From Acidobacteriota bacterium (GTDB lineage: Bacteria > Acidobacteriota > Vicinamibacteria > Fen-336): a stretch of 64,000 nt of DNA. The stretch is taken from assembly GCA_016199625.1 (NCBI GenBank), contig JACQGI010000039.1, positions 2,379-66,378 of the forward strand, in the 5' to 3' direction. This document shows, in pieces, positions 1 through 8,796 of this stretch. The notes beneath the pieces were generated by a model. The model ran no database searches. It was not told where the DNA came from and saw only the letters and a program-made list of their open reading frames with translations. Position 1 is the stretch's first letter. Each line of letters begins with the position of its first letter. Both the position numbers and the translations under genes were made by a program.

Positions 1-1310
1 CCGCCGCCGCCCACGCGACCGCTCACGCGGTCGGGAGACGACTCGGTGATCGAGAGCTCGGGCAGATCCACTCGCACCTCGCCGGGGCGGGCGGAGGCCA
101 CCAAGTCGAAGCGGCTTCCCCCGGGGACCTCGAGGCGGATCGCTCCGTGAACGCAGGACACTTGCAGCGGATCGGTGAGGGGAGCTTCGGGAACGAGCTC
201 CGCGCCGCCGCGCCGGTTCTCGACGACCACGGCGCCCTGAAATCCCTCGAGGACGACGTCGTCCCCCGCGGCCTCGACCCGCGCCCCCCTGCGGAGGTTC
301 CGGCCCCGCACGCCGCCGTGCTCGACCTTCACGTCCACCGGCCCGCCGATCGACGAGAGGACCACGTCGTTGAAGCTCGCCCGGGCGGTGACCGCGCCCT
401 GGATCTCGGACGCCGCGACCTCGCCGTGCTGCGCGGCGAGCTCCGCATCGCCGCTCACGCGGGTGACTTGCACGTCGCGATAGTCGGTGGCGATCCGCGC
501 GCGGCCGGCCACGTCGGCGGCCCGGACGGCGGCGTGGCGGCCCTCGACCTCGAGGTCGCCCCGCACCTCCTCGGCGACCAGGTCACCGTACGAGACCTGG
601 ACCGAGAGCGCGGCGGAACGAGAGACCGCGACGTCGCCGTGGGACACCTCGAGGGCCGTCCGGCCGCCGACGTCCTTCGCCTCCACGTCGCCGTGCCGGT
701 TGCTGAGAGAGAGCGCCCCGCCTACTGACGAAGCGGCGATCGACCCGTGGCGGTTGCTCGCCCGCGCGTCACCCGCCACGCGGTCGACGGTGACGGAGTC
801 GTAGGAGCTCTCCAGGTCGGCCGAGGCCACGTCGCGAACGTCCACGCGTCCGTGCTCGTTGCGCACCCGCACGACAGTTCCCGGCGGCACGGCCACGGAG
901 AGGTGGGTCTCGAGACCCACGTCGCGCTCGTCGAGCTCCTTCCTGTTGGTGGAAACCCGCACCGTGTCTGCATCGGCGGCCGCCACCGTACGCACGCGCC
1001 GTGAGAACGAGCGCGCCGCATCCTCCGTCGGGAGGAATACGACGGTGCGCAGGCGCGTGCGAACCTCGCCCGGCGCTCCCGCCCAGACCTCGACCGCCCC
1101 GAAGGCGTTCGTCACCTCGACCAACGCGCCCTCGGGGGACGCCACGCGGCCCTCGGTCTCGAAGGCGTACGAAGGGCCGTAGAAGCGACCGCCGAGGATG
1201 CGGCATCCGGTGGCGCCCAGGTGGAGCTCCCCCCGAACGGTCCACGCCACCTCGAGGAAGCCGCCGAAGGCGAGGAGCAGCAAGAGGACGACGACCTTTC
1301 GGGCCCTCAT
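1..1310 (-). CDS. DUF4097-like (LiaF C-terminal-like, beta-helical repeat) membrane-anchored stress protein. Partial: runs off the window start. Absent from the ORF track because no stop codon lies inside the window.
   Basis: Hand translation from the ATG at 1310: MRARKVVVLLLLLAFGGFLEV..., an N-terminal membrane anchor followed by repeated HGDV/HGxV...V motifs typical of DUF4097. Third-position GC is high. Its ATG overlaps the stop of the upstream gene (ATGA). Confidence 0.5.
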   Translation of the reverse strand, partial: MRARKVVVLLLLLAFGGFLEVAWTVRGELHLGATGCRILGGRFYGPSYAFETEGRVASPEGALVEVTNAFGAVEVWAGAPGEVRTRLRTVVFLPTEDAARSFSRRVRTVAAADADTVRVSTNRKELDERDVGLETHLSVAVPPGTVVRVRNEHGRVDVRDVASADLESSYDSVTVDRVAGDARASNRHGSIAASSVGGALSLSNRHGDVEAKDVGGRTALEVSHGDVAVSRSAALSVQVSYGDLVAEEVRGDLEVEGRHAAVRAADVAGRARIATDYRDVQVTRVSGDAELAAQHGEVAASEIQGAVTARASFNDVVLSSIGGPVDVKVEHGGVRGRNLRRGARVEAAGDDVVLEGFQGAVVVENRRGGAELVPEAPLTDPLQVSCVHGAIRLEVPGGSRFDLVASARPGEVRVDLPELSITESSPDRVSGRVGGG

Positions 1311-1498
1311 CGCGTCCCCCGCCGCGACAGAGTGTTGTACAGCTCCAGCGTGCCCCAGAGGACGAGCGTCGTCGGCCACCAGGTCCTCAGCGTCGCCAGG
1401 AGATCGATCCGCCCGAGGTTGGCCAGCGTCCAGAGCACGCCCAGGGCGACGAGGGCGGAGCCGATGACGACGTTCTCGGGCCTAGGGACGACCGGCAT
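1307..1498 (-). CDS. Small membrane protein (DUF5668/LiaF-TM-like motif W-P-x-L-L-I-x-x-G).
   Basis: Hydrophobic 63-aa ORF that shares the WP..LL..G motif with the C-terminus of the upstream protein. It sits in the sigma/anti-sigma operon. The start is uncertain. Confidence 0.35.
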   Translation of the reverse strand: MPVVPRPENVVIGSALVALGVLWTLANLGRIDLLATLRTWWPTTLVLWGTLELYNTLSRRGTR

Positions 1499-2066
1499 CG
1501 CCCGCGTCCTTCCGGCGCCGGACCGAGCCGTAGAGCAGGACCCCGCCCGTCACGATGAGGAGCACCGGCCAGTAGTCCCTCAGGGCGGCGAGATTGAGGT
1601 ATCCGAGGTTGTTCAGGAGCAGGAGCAGCCCGAGGAGCACGAGGCCGCCGCCCCACGCGGGCGACTCCAGGGCGTCCTCCTCCGCGACGGCCGCCCCGCC
1701 TGCCGCGCGGGCGTTCAGGACGTCGGCGCTGCGATAGGCGTCGAGGATGTTGTAGAGATAGAGGAACGGGATCAGGAACGCGAACGGAAAGGGGCCGATC
1801 TCGGCGGTGGCGTAGATGCTCCCCACCAGTCCGAAGAAGAAGACGAGAGCCTTGGCCGGCTGGCCGTTGTAGACCTGTCCGATCCCCGGGAAGATCACGG
1901 AGAGCAACAGCGCGAGGCCCGGCGCCTTCTGCGTTCGAGTCGGTGGGAACGGTCCGGCCGGCGGCGCAGGAAGCGGCGGCATGGGTGGGATCGGCTGCGG
2001 CTTCTCCTCTGCGGCGACGAGATCATCGGTCATTGAGGACGCTCCTTCGACTTCACGAGTCTTCAC
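1482..2066 (-). CDS. Membrane protein with a Pro-rich N-terminus, a TM2-like segment (FPGIGQVYNGQ) and a LiaF/PspC-like C-terminal TM domain.
   Basis: Translated motifs read by eye. Its position directly after the anti-sigma gene, 4-nt overlap at 2063-2066, supports operon membership. Confidence 0.5.
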   Translation of the reverse strand: MKTREVEGASSMTDDLVAAEEKPQPIPPMPPLPAPPAGPFPPTRTQKAPGLALLLSVIFPGIGQVYNGQPAKALVFFFGLVGSIYATAEIGPFPFAFLIPFLYLYNILDAYRSADVLNARAAGGAAVAEEDALESPAWGGGLVLLGLLLLLNNLGYLNLAALRDYWPVLLIVTGGVLLYGSVRRRKDAGDAGRP

Positions 2067-2737
2067 AAGCTACGAGTCCCGTGGGTGGGATGTTCTGGAA
2101 AAGGGCCCGCGGCCGACCGCGTCCCGAGGTCCCCGTGCGGCTCGCGGCCGGTCTTTTTCGAGTCCTGCTCCGCGGCGCGGCGACGCTCGAGGAGCCTGCG
2201 GTAATCCTCCACGCGGTCGTTGACGCGATCGAGGCGGCTGCCGAAGGCGGTCCCGACCACGACGCGGAGGATGCGGAAGTCCTCCACGAGCCGCTCCCTC
2301 CGCTCGGCCAGGTACACCGTCGCGTTGACGGTCCGCTCTTTGAGCCGATCCGCCGCCCGCGTCGCTCCGTCGGACGTCGCGGCGAGCACGAGGCCCGTCA
2401 GGGCGAACGCGGCCGCCGCCGCCACGGCCTGGAGCGGCGCCGGCACGAGCGCGAAGCGCCACGCGATCTCGGGCCGGCGCCACACGCGGCGGACCCGGGA
2501 CGCGACCCCCTGGCGGGACCGCGCCAGAGCCGCCGCAGCCGCGCGCTCGGCCAGCCCGGCGGGGGGCTCGAGGACCGGGTGTGCCCGCAGGGCGGCCACG
2601 ACCTCGCCGACGGCCTCCGACAGCTCGCGACAGGCCGCGCAGGAGACGAGGTGACCCGCGAGCTCCGAGCACAGGGGCTCTTCCAGGAGGCCCTCGCGGT
2701 GATCCGACAGCAACTCCTCGACCCTGCGACAGTCCAT
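2063..2737 (-). CDS. Anti-sigma factor with an N-terminal zf-HC2 putative zinc finger.
   Basis: N-terminus MDCRRVEELLSDHREGLLEEPLCSELAGHLVSCAACRE, the classic H..C..H..CxxC pattern. One central TM segment. ATG at 2737 is preferred; 2752 is an alternative start. Confidence 0.65.
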   Translation of the reverse strand: MDCRRVEELLSDHREGLLEEPLCSELAGHLVSCAACRELSEAVGEVVAALRAHPVLEPPAGLAERAAAAALARSRQGVASRVRRVWRRPEIAWRFALVPAPLQAVAAAAAFALTGLVLAATSDGATRAADRLKERTVNATVYLAERRERLVEDFRILRVVVGTAFGSRLDRVNDRVEDYRRLLERRRAAEQDSKKTGREPHGDLGTRSAAGPFPEHPTHGTRSL

Positions 2738-2744
2738 CGTGGCG

Positions 2745-3311
2745 TCACGCATAGTCGGCCTGGCGTCCGAGCAGGCGCTTCGCCAGCTCGAGGCGTCCGC
2801 GGTTGATGCGGCTCTTGACGGTTCCGAGGGGGAGGCCGAGGGTCTTCGCGATCTCGTCGTACGACAACCCTTCGAGGTCGCAGAGCACGACAGGCTCGCG
2901 GAGCTCCGCTGGCAGGGCCCGCAGGCCGCGGTGAACGAAGCGGACGCGCTCGTCCCGCTCCAGGCTCCGGAGCGGGCTGTCGCCCGGAGCGCGCAGGCCC
3001 TCGAGCATCGCCGGGTCTTCCACCTGCCGCCTCAGCTCCTCTCTGCGCCGCCTGTAGTCGTCGATGGCTTGATGGCGCGCGACGGTGAGCAGCCACGCCC
3101 CGAAGCTGCCTCCCGACTCACGAAAGCCGTCCAGGCTCTGATACACCTTGACGAAGATCTCCTGCGTCAGGTCCTCGGCGGCGTCCACTCGCCCGGTGAA
3201 CCGGTACGCCACGGCGAAGACGCGCCGGGTGTAGCGGGCCACCACCTCTCGCCAGGCCGTCTCGTCTCCCCTCCGACACCGGAGAAGGAGGTCGCCGTCG
3301 GTCTCAGTCAA
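2745..3311 (-). CDS. ECF (sigma-70 family, group 4) RNA polymerase sigma factor.
   Basis: Region 2 (DLTQEIFVKVYQSL) and region 4 (LSYDEIAKTLGLPLGTVKSRINRGRLEL) motifs are present. It lies upstream of the anti-sigma gene. Confidence 0.85.
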   Translation of the reverse strand: MTETDGDLLLRCRRGDETAWREVVARYTRRVFAVAYRFTGRVDAAEDLTQEIFVKVYQSLDGFRESGGSFGAWLLTVARHQAIDDYRRRREELRRQVEDPAMLEGLRAPGDSPLRSLERDERVRFVHRGLRALPAELREPVVLCDLEGLSYDEIAKTLGLPLGTVKSRINRGRLELAKRLLGRQADYA

Positions 3312-3351
3312 GAGGTCGGTCTCTCCCGGCGGCCCGTCGTTCGTCAGGGGG

Positions 3352-3377
3352 AACGCGACGGCGGGCCCCAGGGTTCA
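3352..3377 (-). promoter_or_regulatory. Candidate autoregulated ECF-type promoter (GAACC-N16-CGTT on the - strand).
   Basis: The reverse complement of 3352-3377 reads GAACCctggggcccgccgtcgCGTT, about 40 nt upstream of the sigma start. Confidence 0.25.
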
Positions 3378-3401
3378 GAATTCTCCACGTTTCAGCCGTG
3401 T

Positions 3402-3431
3402 TTGACCCTCCGGCGGAGGCTGTAGTACAGT
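3402..3431 (+). promoter_or_regulatory. Candidate sigma-70 promoter, TTGACC-N18-TACAGT.
   Basis: Read directly in the divergent intergenic region upstream of the UPF0104 gene. Confidence 0.25.
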
Positions 3432-3507
3432 GCGCTCCTGCTCGTCCTCGCGCAGCGGGGGCTATCAAATCCATGAAGAAAAAGGCTTTGCGCGGAGAGA
3501 CTCGAGG

Positions 3508-4623
3508 GTGAGCGGGTCCCGCCGCGGGCGCCTTCTGGCGGCCGGGCTCCTGGCGCTGCTCCTGCTGGGCCTCTTCTTCCGCGGCGTCGACTGGCACGAG
3601 CTGGTCCGGGCGCTGAGGACCGCTCACCCGGGTTGGCTCGCGGCCGTGGTCCTGTCGACGATCCTCGTGTACGCCGCGCGGGCCTGGCGCTGGGGGTACC
3701 TTCTCGCCCCTCTGGCGCGCGTTCCCTTCCCCAGGCTGTTCTCCGCGACGGTGGTCGGCTTCATGACCGGCCTGGTCGTGCCGCGTGCCGGTGAGGTCGT
3801 GCGGCCGTACCTGGTCGCCCGCCGCCACGCCCTCCAGGCGTCCGCCGCCTTCGCATCGATCATCATCGAGCGCCTGGTGGACCTCATCACCGTCCTCGTC
3901 CTGTTCAGTCTCTACCTCTACGTTCTGCCCACGCCGGGGGTTCAGAAGGAGGGGGCGTTGACGACGGAGTTGAAGAGGGCGGGAGTGCTCGTCGCCCTCG
4001 CGGCCATCGCGGTGCTCGCCGTGCTCGTGACCTTCCACGTCCACGCGGAGCGCGCCCTGTCGGTCGTCGACCGGATCCTGCGACGCCTCCCGGAGCGGCT
4101 GGCCGCGCCCGTGAACCACGCCCTGCGGTCCTTCGGCGAGGGGCTCGCGGTGCTCCAGGCGCCCGGGAGGCACCTCGCCGGCATCTTCGCCCAGTCGGTG
4201 CTCGTCTGGCTGCTCATCGCCCTCGGGATCTGGGCCAACAACCGGGCCTTCGGCCTGGACCTGCCGTTCCACACGACTTTCCTGATGCTGGGGTTCCTCA
4301 CCGTCGGAGTGGCCGTCCCGACGCCCGGGATGGTGGGGGGCTTCCACGTGGCCTACCAGCTCGCCCTCACGAAGCCCTACGGTGTCGACCGGGACGTGGC
4401 GGCCGCCGCCGGGATCGCGTGTCACGCCCTCACGAACCTCCCGGTCCTCGTTCTCGGTCTCTGGTTCCTCGGTCGCGAGGGGCTCACGATGGGCCGCGTG
4501 GCGGAGATGGCCGACGACGCTGCGCACAGGGGAAAGGACCACGACGACTCTCACACGGGAAGGCACGAGCATTCGGCTTCCATCCCGGCCCTCGGAGATA
4601 CGAGCGGAGGAGCGGATCGATGA
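3508..4623 (+). CDS. UPF0104 / lysylphosphatidylglycerol-synthase transmembrane-region (flippase-like) family membrane protein.
   Basis: Multi-TM protein with the conserved pattern ...RWxYLLxPL...GFxTGLVVPRAGEVVRPYLVARR... A GTG at 3508 is the likely start. The track ORF 3430 extends upstream into the promoter. Confidence 0.6.
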   Translation: MSGSRRGRLLAAGLLALLLLGLFFRGVDWHELVRALRTAHPGWLAAVVLSTILVYAARAWRWGYLLAPLARVPFPRLFSATVVGFMTGLVVPRAGEVVRPYLVARRHALQASAAFASIIIERLVDLITVLVLFSLYLYVLPTPGVQKEGALTTELKRAGVLVALAAIAVLAVLVTFHVHAERALSVVDRILRRLPERLAAPVNHALRSFGEGLAVLQAPGRHLAGIFAQSVLVWLLIALGIWANNRAFGLDLPFHTTFLMLGFLTVGVAVPTPGMVGGFHVAYQLALTKPYGVDRDVAAAAGIACHALTNLPVLVLGLWFLGREGLTMGRVAEMADDAAHRGKDHDDSHTGRHEHSASIPALGDTSGGADR

Positions 4624-5078
4624 AGTGCCCCTTCTGCGGCCACCTCGAGGACAAGGTCGTGGACTCCCGGGAGAGCAAGGAGGGCGAGGTCATCCGTCGC
4701 CGGCGCGAGTGCCTCGGCTGCGGCAAGCGCTTCACCTCCTACGAGCGGATCGACCAGATCCCCCACATGGTCGTCAAGAAGGACGGCCGCCGGGAGCGCT
4801 TCGACCGGGAGAAGGTCCTCGCGGGACTCCTCAAAGCCTGCGAGAAACGCCCCGTTCCCATCAAGGCCCTCGAGGCGATCGCCGACCGCGTGGAAGCCCG
4901 CGTGCAGGAGAGCCCGGACCGGGAGGTCCCCACGGCGGAGGTGGGGGAGTTTCTCATGGAGCAGCTCCGGGAGCTGGACAAGGTAGCCTTCGTCCGGTTC
5001 GCCTCCGTCTACCGCGAGTTCAAGGACGTGGACCAGTTCATGGCCACGCTGAAGGGGCTGCTGGAGACCCGGGAGTAG
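4620..5078 (+). CDS. nrdR: Transcriptional repressor NrdR.
   Basis: MKCPFCGHLEDKVVDSRESKEGEVIRRRRECLGCGKRFTSYER, the zinc ribbon plus ATP-cone arrangement. ATGA overlap with the previous gene. GGAGG sits 10 nt upstream of the ATG. Confidence 0.85.
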   Translation: MKCPFCGHLEDKVVDSRESKEGEVIRRRRECLGCGKRFTSYERIDQIPHMVVKKDGRRERFDREKVLAGLLKACEKRPVPIKALEAIADRVEARVQESPDREVPTAEVGEFLMEQLRELDKVAFVRFASVYREFKDVDQFMATLKGLLETRE

Positions 5079-5097
5079 GGCTTCCCGGCCGCCCGCC

Positions 5098-6438
5098 TCA
5101 TTCCCGCTTCTGGTTCATGCGGAACTGGAGGTACGTCTCGCCGACCTTGATCACGTCGCCCTCGGCCAGCGGGTGCTTGGCCACGCGACGCTCGTTCACG
5201 AACGTGCCGTTGGTGCTCTTGAGATCCAGGAGCACGTAGCGCCCGTCCTCGGGGCGGATGCGGCAGTGCTCGCTCGAGACCGAGACGTCCTCGAGGACGA
5301 TGTCGTTGAGCTTGGCGCGGCCCAGTGACGTGGCGCTCTGGCGGTTGAGGCTGAACACCATCCCCGATCCCGGCCCGCTGGTGACCGCCAGCACCGGCTG
5401 CTCGCGCAGCGTGACCGTTTTCTCGAGGTACTCCTCGGTGAGGTCCATCCGCGCGAGCACCGTGTCGGGGATCTCGTCCCCGCGGCGTGTGCGGCCCTCC
5501 CCGAGGCCATCGACGGGCGCCGAGGCGCCCGTCGAGCAGAACGCACAGGCGGCGTGGGGGCCCGCGAGCGGGCGGCCGCACGTCGCGCACGGAGGCGCCG
5601 GCCGGCGTCGCAGGGCGAGGACGCCGACGGCGGCCACGCCGAGCACGAGCCCGACCCCGACGGCGAGCCACGGCCAGGCCGTCCGGTGCCGGGCGCCGAT
5701 CGGAGGGGTGGCGGGCCCGCCCGCCGACGCTGCGTGCGGCTCGGCCGCTCCGGACGCGTGCGCGGTCGCGCTCCGCCCGTCGGCCGGCGTGGTGCCCGCG
5801 GACTCGGGCGCCGCGAGCAGACGCGCCGCCAGCACCGCCCCCGTGGCCTCCGGGCCCGGCAGGTATTCCCCGGCCGTGAGCTTGGCGATGCGCCGCAACA
5901 CGCGTTCGCGCACGCGGCCGATGCCGACGGTGAACACCGGGATCGACGTCTGCTGGGCGACGGCGAGGGCGTCTTCGAGCTGGAGCGCGCTGTTCTCGTC
6001 CTTTCCGTCGGTGACGAGGAGGATCGCCCGGCGCGGCGAGGGCGCGTCGCGGAGGTAGCGGCTCGCGTCGTACAAGGCATCGTGGAGTGCCGTGAAGCGC
6101 CCGGAGATCGTGACGTGCTCGATCGCGGCGCGAACCTCCTCGGCGCGCGACGTCCGAGGGAGCACGAGGCGGGCCGCGTCGTCGAAGGTGAAGACGGCGA
6201 CCTCGCTCCCGGAGGGGAGGCTCTCGAGAAGCCCCGCCGCCAGAGCCCGCGTCCGCTCGAGGTCCTCGAGACGCAAGCTGCCGGAGGTGTCGAGGACGAG
6301 GCCGACGACGACCGGTGGCCCCTCGTCGCTCGGCGCCGGGAAAGCGCTCAAGGCAAGGAGGGCCAGGCCGAGGAGGACGCCTCGCCGCAGCTCGTGCCGC
6401 CTCCCAGCGCATGTCACGGAACTACAGTGTCTTAGCAC
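5098..6438 (-). CDS. VWA domain - TM - zinc ribbon - FHA domain transmembrane signalling protein.
   Basis: Signal-like N-terminus. VWA MIDAS motif DTSGS in VVVGLVLDTSGS...LLVTDG. TM segment WPWLAVGVGLVLGVAAVGVLAL. CATCGRPL...CAFC ribbon. C-terminal FHA domain (GRAKLNDIVLEDVSVSSEHCRI...TNGTFVN). Confidence 0.7.
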   Translation of the reverse strand: MLRHCSSVTCAGRRHELRRGVLLGLALLALSAFPAPSDEGPPVVVGLVLDTSGSLRLEDLERTRALAAGLLESLPSGSEVAVFTFDDAARLVLPRTSRAEEVRAAIEHVTISGRFTALHDALYDASRYLRDAPSPRRAILLVTDGKDENSALQLEDALAVAQQTSIPVFTVGIGRVRERVLRRIAKLTAGEYLPGPEATGAVLAARLLAAPESAGTTPADGRSATAHASGAAEPHAASAGGPATPPIGARHRTAWPWLAVGVGLVLGVAAVGVLALRRRPAPPCATCGRPLAGPHAACAFCSTGASAPVDGLGEGRTRRGDEIPDTVLARMDLTEEYLEKTVTLREQPVLAVTSGPGSGMVFSLNRQSATSLGRAKLNDIVLEDVSVSSEHCRIRPEDGRYVLLDLKSTNGTFVNERRVAKHPLAEGDVIKVGETYLQFRMNQKRE

Positions 6439-6570
6439 GCCCCCCTCATCAGCGTCAACGCCGCGTCCTTGGGGCAGGTGTGGCTGCCAAGCTACAATGG
6501 ACCGCTTCGCCCGTTCCCGGCCCGAGGTCGTGGAGGGCCCCAGGTTCTCACGGCTCCAAGGACGGGGTGA

Positions 6571-8787
6571 GTGATCGGGCGCACGTCACCGATGGCCTCG
6601 CGCCCTTCGTTCCGGAACAACGCCCGTCTGGTTCTCCTCGCCACACTCGGGGCGCTCGGCGTGTTCCTCCTGGTCGAGGTCCTGCTCCGGAAGAGCCGCG
6701 ACTTCTCCCCGGACTTTCTCGCCTCGGTGCTCCTGTACGGGCTCACGGTCCTGAACCTGACGCTGCTCCTCGTCCTTCTGTTCGTGCTCGGCCGGAACCT
6801 CGTCCGTGTGCTCATGGAGCGCCGACGCGGCGTTCTCGGGGCGCGATTCCGCATGCGCCTCATGCTGGTCTTCCTGCTGATGGCCATCGGACCGTCGCTG
6901 CTGCTGCTCGTCGTCGGAAGCGACCTCATCCAGCAGACCGTGGATCGATGGTTCAACGTGGACGCCGAGCGCCTGCTCTCCTCCTCGAAGGCCCTCGAAG
7001 CCGCCCTCCGGCACACCTCGCTGGAGCGCTGCCGCGTGCTGGCGCGCGTGCTGGCTCGCGAGGTGGAAGCCCGGCGGCTGCTGGAGCCGGCGGGGCAGGG
7101 ACGCCTGCGGCGCACGATCGAGGTACGCCGGCGCGAGCTGCACATCGACATGGTCAACGTCGTCTCTCGCGACGGCGAGCTCCTGGCGGTGGTGGACCCG
7201 CGGCTCTCGGGCCTGCCCCTGGACACCGCTTCGGGGGACCCCGTCGTCGAGGTCGCTCTCTCCGGACGAGAGGTCACGGCCTCGATGCCCGGCGGGGCGG
7301 GGGAGCTCGTGCGGGCGGGCGCGCCGGTCCGGGACGGCTCAGGTACGGTTCGGGGCGCCGTGCTGGTCTCCATGCTGCTCCCCGCCGAGGTCGCGGCGGA
7401 GGCGCGGGAGGTGCAGGAGCGTTACGACAAGTTCCGCAAGGCACAGGCCTTCCGCGAGCCCATCAAGGCGGTGTACCTGTCCCTGTACCTGTTCCCGGCC
7501 CTGCTCATCCTCTTCGGAGCCGTGTGGCTGTCGCTCTACCTGGCCCGGAGGATCACGGTGCCCCTGAGGCTCGTGGCTGAGGGGGCCGAGCGCATCGCCG
7601 CGGGCGAGCGCGGCGTGCGGGTGGACTTCCCGGCGGGAAACGACGAGTTCGCCGCCCTCATCGCCTCCTTCAACCGGATGTCGGAGCGCCTCGCGCGCAG
7701 CGAGGAGGAGGTGGAGCACAGCCGCGCCGGTCTCCAGAGGAAGAACGAGGAGCTCGAGGAACGACGGCGTCTCATGGAGACGGTCCTCGAAACCGTCGGC
7801 ACGGGAGTTGCGGTCGTGGACGCCGAGTCCACCGTGACGGCGGTCAACGCGGCCGCCTGCCGGCTCCTCGGCGTGGACGCGGAGATCGTCGGCCGCCGCG
7901 CCGAGGAGGCGCTGACAGGACCGGGGCGCGGCGAGATCCTCTCTCTCGTCCAGCGCCTGCTGTCGGGACGCACCGGCCGCCAGGAGCGAGAGGTTCAGCT
8001 CCCGTCCCGCGGGAGGGACCGACACCTGGCGGTGACCGTCGTACCGCTGCCGGGCCCGCCGGGGGCTCCGCCCGGGGCCGTCCTCGTCCTCGACGACCTC
8101 ACGCCTCTCATGCGAGCGCAGAAGGTGGCCGCTTGGGGAGAGGTGGCCCGCAAGCTGGCTCACGAGATCAAGAACCCCCTGACGCCCATCCAGCTCTCGG
8201 CCCAACGGATCCGCAAGGCCCACCTGAAGTCCGCCCCCGACTTCGAGAAGGTGGTAGCCGAATGCACCGCCTCGATCGTGCAGGAGGTGGACGCCCTCAA
8301 GAACCTCGTGGACGAGTTCGCCCAGTTCGCCCGTCTGCCGGCGGCGAACCTCGTCCCGTCCTCGCTTCACGACGTGGTGGACCAGGCGCTCTCCCTCTAT
8401 GACGGCCTGTTCGCCGACGTCCGGTTCGACCGTCGCTACGCCCCCGACCTGCCGGCGCTGCGCCTCGACGCGGACCAGATGAAGCGCGTCGTCATCAACC
8501 TCGTGGACAACGCCATCGAGGCCACGGGGAGGAAGGGGAGCGTCGTGATCTCCACGGAGTACGACCGGGAGCAGGGCCGCGTGCGGCTGGGGGTCGCCGA
8601 CGACGGGCCCGGCATCCGCCCCGAGGACCGCGACAAGCTCTTCGTCCCCCACTTCTCCACGAAGAAGCGGGGCAGCGGCCTGGGCCTGGCCATCGTCAGC
8701 CGCATCGTCCAGGAGCATCACGGCGTCATCCGCCTGGAGGACAACGTGCCGCGTGGGGCGCGGTTCGTCGTGGAGTTCCCGGCATGA
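6571..8787 (+). CDS. ntrY: NtrY-like sensor histidine kinase (TM, HAMP, PAS, HisKA, HATPase).
   Basis: HisKA H-box HEIKNPLTPIQLSAQ, HAMP and PAS-like segments, and G1/G2 ATPase boxes (DDGPGI, GSGLGLAIV). The start may be the internal MASRP. Confidence 0.75.
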   Translation: MIGRTSPMASRPSFRNNARLVLLATLGALGVFLLVEVLLRKSRDFSPDFLASVLLYGLTVLNLTLLLVLLFVLGRNLVRVLMERRRGVLGARFRMRLMLVFLLMAIGPSLLLLVVGSDLIQQTVDRWFNVDAERLLSSSKALEAALRHTSLERCRVLARVLAREVEARRLLEPAGQGRLRRTIEVRRRELHIDMVNVVSRDGELLAVVDPRLSGLPLDTASGDPVVEVALSGREVTASMPGGAGELVRAGAPVRDGSGTVRGAVLVSMLLPAEVAAEAREVQERYDKFRKAQAFREPIKAVYLSLYLFPALLILFGAVWLSLYLARRITVPLRLVAEGAERIAAGERGVRVDFPAGNDEFAALIASFNRMSERLARSEEEVEHSRAGLQRKNEELEERRRLMETVLETVGTGVAVVDAESTVTAVNAAACRLLGVDAEIVGRRAEEALTGPGRGEILSLVQRLLSGRTGRQEREVQLPSRGRDRHLAVTVVPLPGPPGAPPGAVLVLDDLTPLMRAQKVAAWGEVARKLAHEIKNPLTPIQLSAQRIRKAHLKSAPDFEKVVAECTASIVQEVDALKNLVDEFAQFARLPAANLVPSSLHDVVDQALSLYDGLFADVRFDRRYAPDLPALRLDADQMKRVVINLVDNAIEATGRKGSVVISTEYDREQGRVRLGVADDGPGIRPEDRDKLFVPHFSTKKRGSGLGLAIVSRIVQEHHGVIRLEDNVPRGARFVVEFPA

Positions 8788-8796
8788 GGAGTGTGC

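Noticed and set aside
3304-4572. 422-aa - strand ORF opposite the UPF0104 membrane gene.
   Set aside because: It is antisense to a coherent multi-TM protein. The translation is highly charged low-complexity sequence.
6439-6570. Sigma-54 (-24/-12) promoter in the divergent region upstream of ntrY.
   Set aside because: tggctgccaagc has GG and GC at the wrong spacing for TGGCAC-N5-TTGC. Only a weak TACAAT -10-like hexamer is present.
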